From Desulfobulbales bacterium (GTDB lineage: Bacteria > Desulfobacterota > Desulfobulbia > Desulfobulbales > JAGXFP01), in assembly GCA_029210665.1 (NCBI GenBank), contig JARGFN010000001.1, positions 1-44,944 of the forward strand: DNA of 44,944 nt, in the 5' to 3' direction. The translations under genes were made by a program, and so were the position numbers. Each line of letters opens with the position of its first letter. Within the stretch, counting starts at the first letter, position 1. A model generated the notes under the pieces. That model was not told where the DNA came from. It made no database searches and was given only the letters and a program-made list of their open reading frames with translations. Below are positions 44,843 to 44,944 of the stretch, one piece after another.

Positions 44843-44944
44843 GCGCTGATTAAACAATTAAACGCCCCTTCCTTCCTTATATTTGGTCTCGGAACGGACG
44901 CTGGCGTCAGCAGCCTTGCACGGCAAGTTTGGAAATGCCTGTAA

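Overview
GC-rich bacterial chromosomal window. The gene content and order (an 11-subunit-type nuo cluster without nuoEFG, and the rimP-nusA-infB-pnp and mreBCD-mrdA-rodA operons) suggest an anaerobic Desulfobacterota-like organism; that assignment is inference only. All calls rest on ORF structure, motifs I can read in the translations, and repeats read directly in the DNA. No homology search was possible.

About 36 kb is core:
- trpS
- a thiol-disulfide oxidoreductase trio (DsbB/BdbC-like, DsbA-like, TlpA-like)
- an MBL hydrolase, dut and an M16 peptidase
- the minus-strand operon tRNA-Gly(CCC)-rimP-nusA-ylxR-infB-rbfA-nrnA-truB-rpsO-pnp
- a 13-gene complex-I-like cluster: nuoA,B,C,D,H,I,J,K, an extra NuoL-core-like subunit, a 90-aa 2-TM ORF, a lateral-helix-bearing antiporter-like subunit, nuoM and nuoN, with no nuoE/F/G
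- mpl and tRNA-Ala(GGC)
- mreB-mreC-mreD-mrdA-rodA plus an MCE-like lipoprotein

The last ~9 kb (36.0-44.9 kb) looks accessory and is repeat-rich:
- two membrane proteins
- an orphan radical SAM/SPASM enzyme preceded by an unannotated 34-aa ORF that has a 14-nt perfect Shine-Dalgarno match and an attenuator-like terminator (candidate minimal RiPP locus)
- two small paralogous lipoproteins and an SH3/coiled-coil membrane protein
- two copies of a ~220-240 bp MITE, each with 13-bp terminal inverted repeats and its own 5-bp target-site duplication
- a nitroreductase and a TMTC-like TPR membrane glycosyltransferase
- several short dispersed repeat families

I saw no CRISPR array, rRNA, transposase or recombinase gene.
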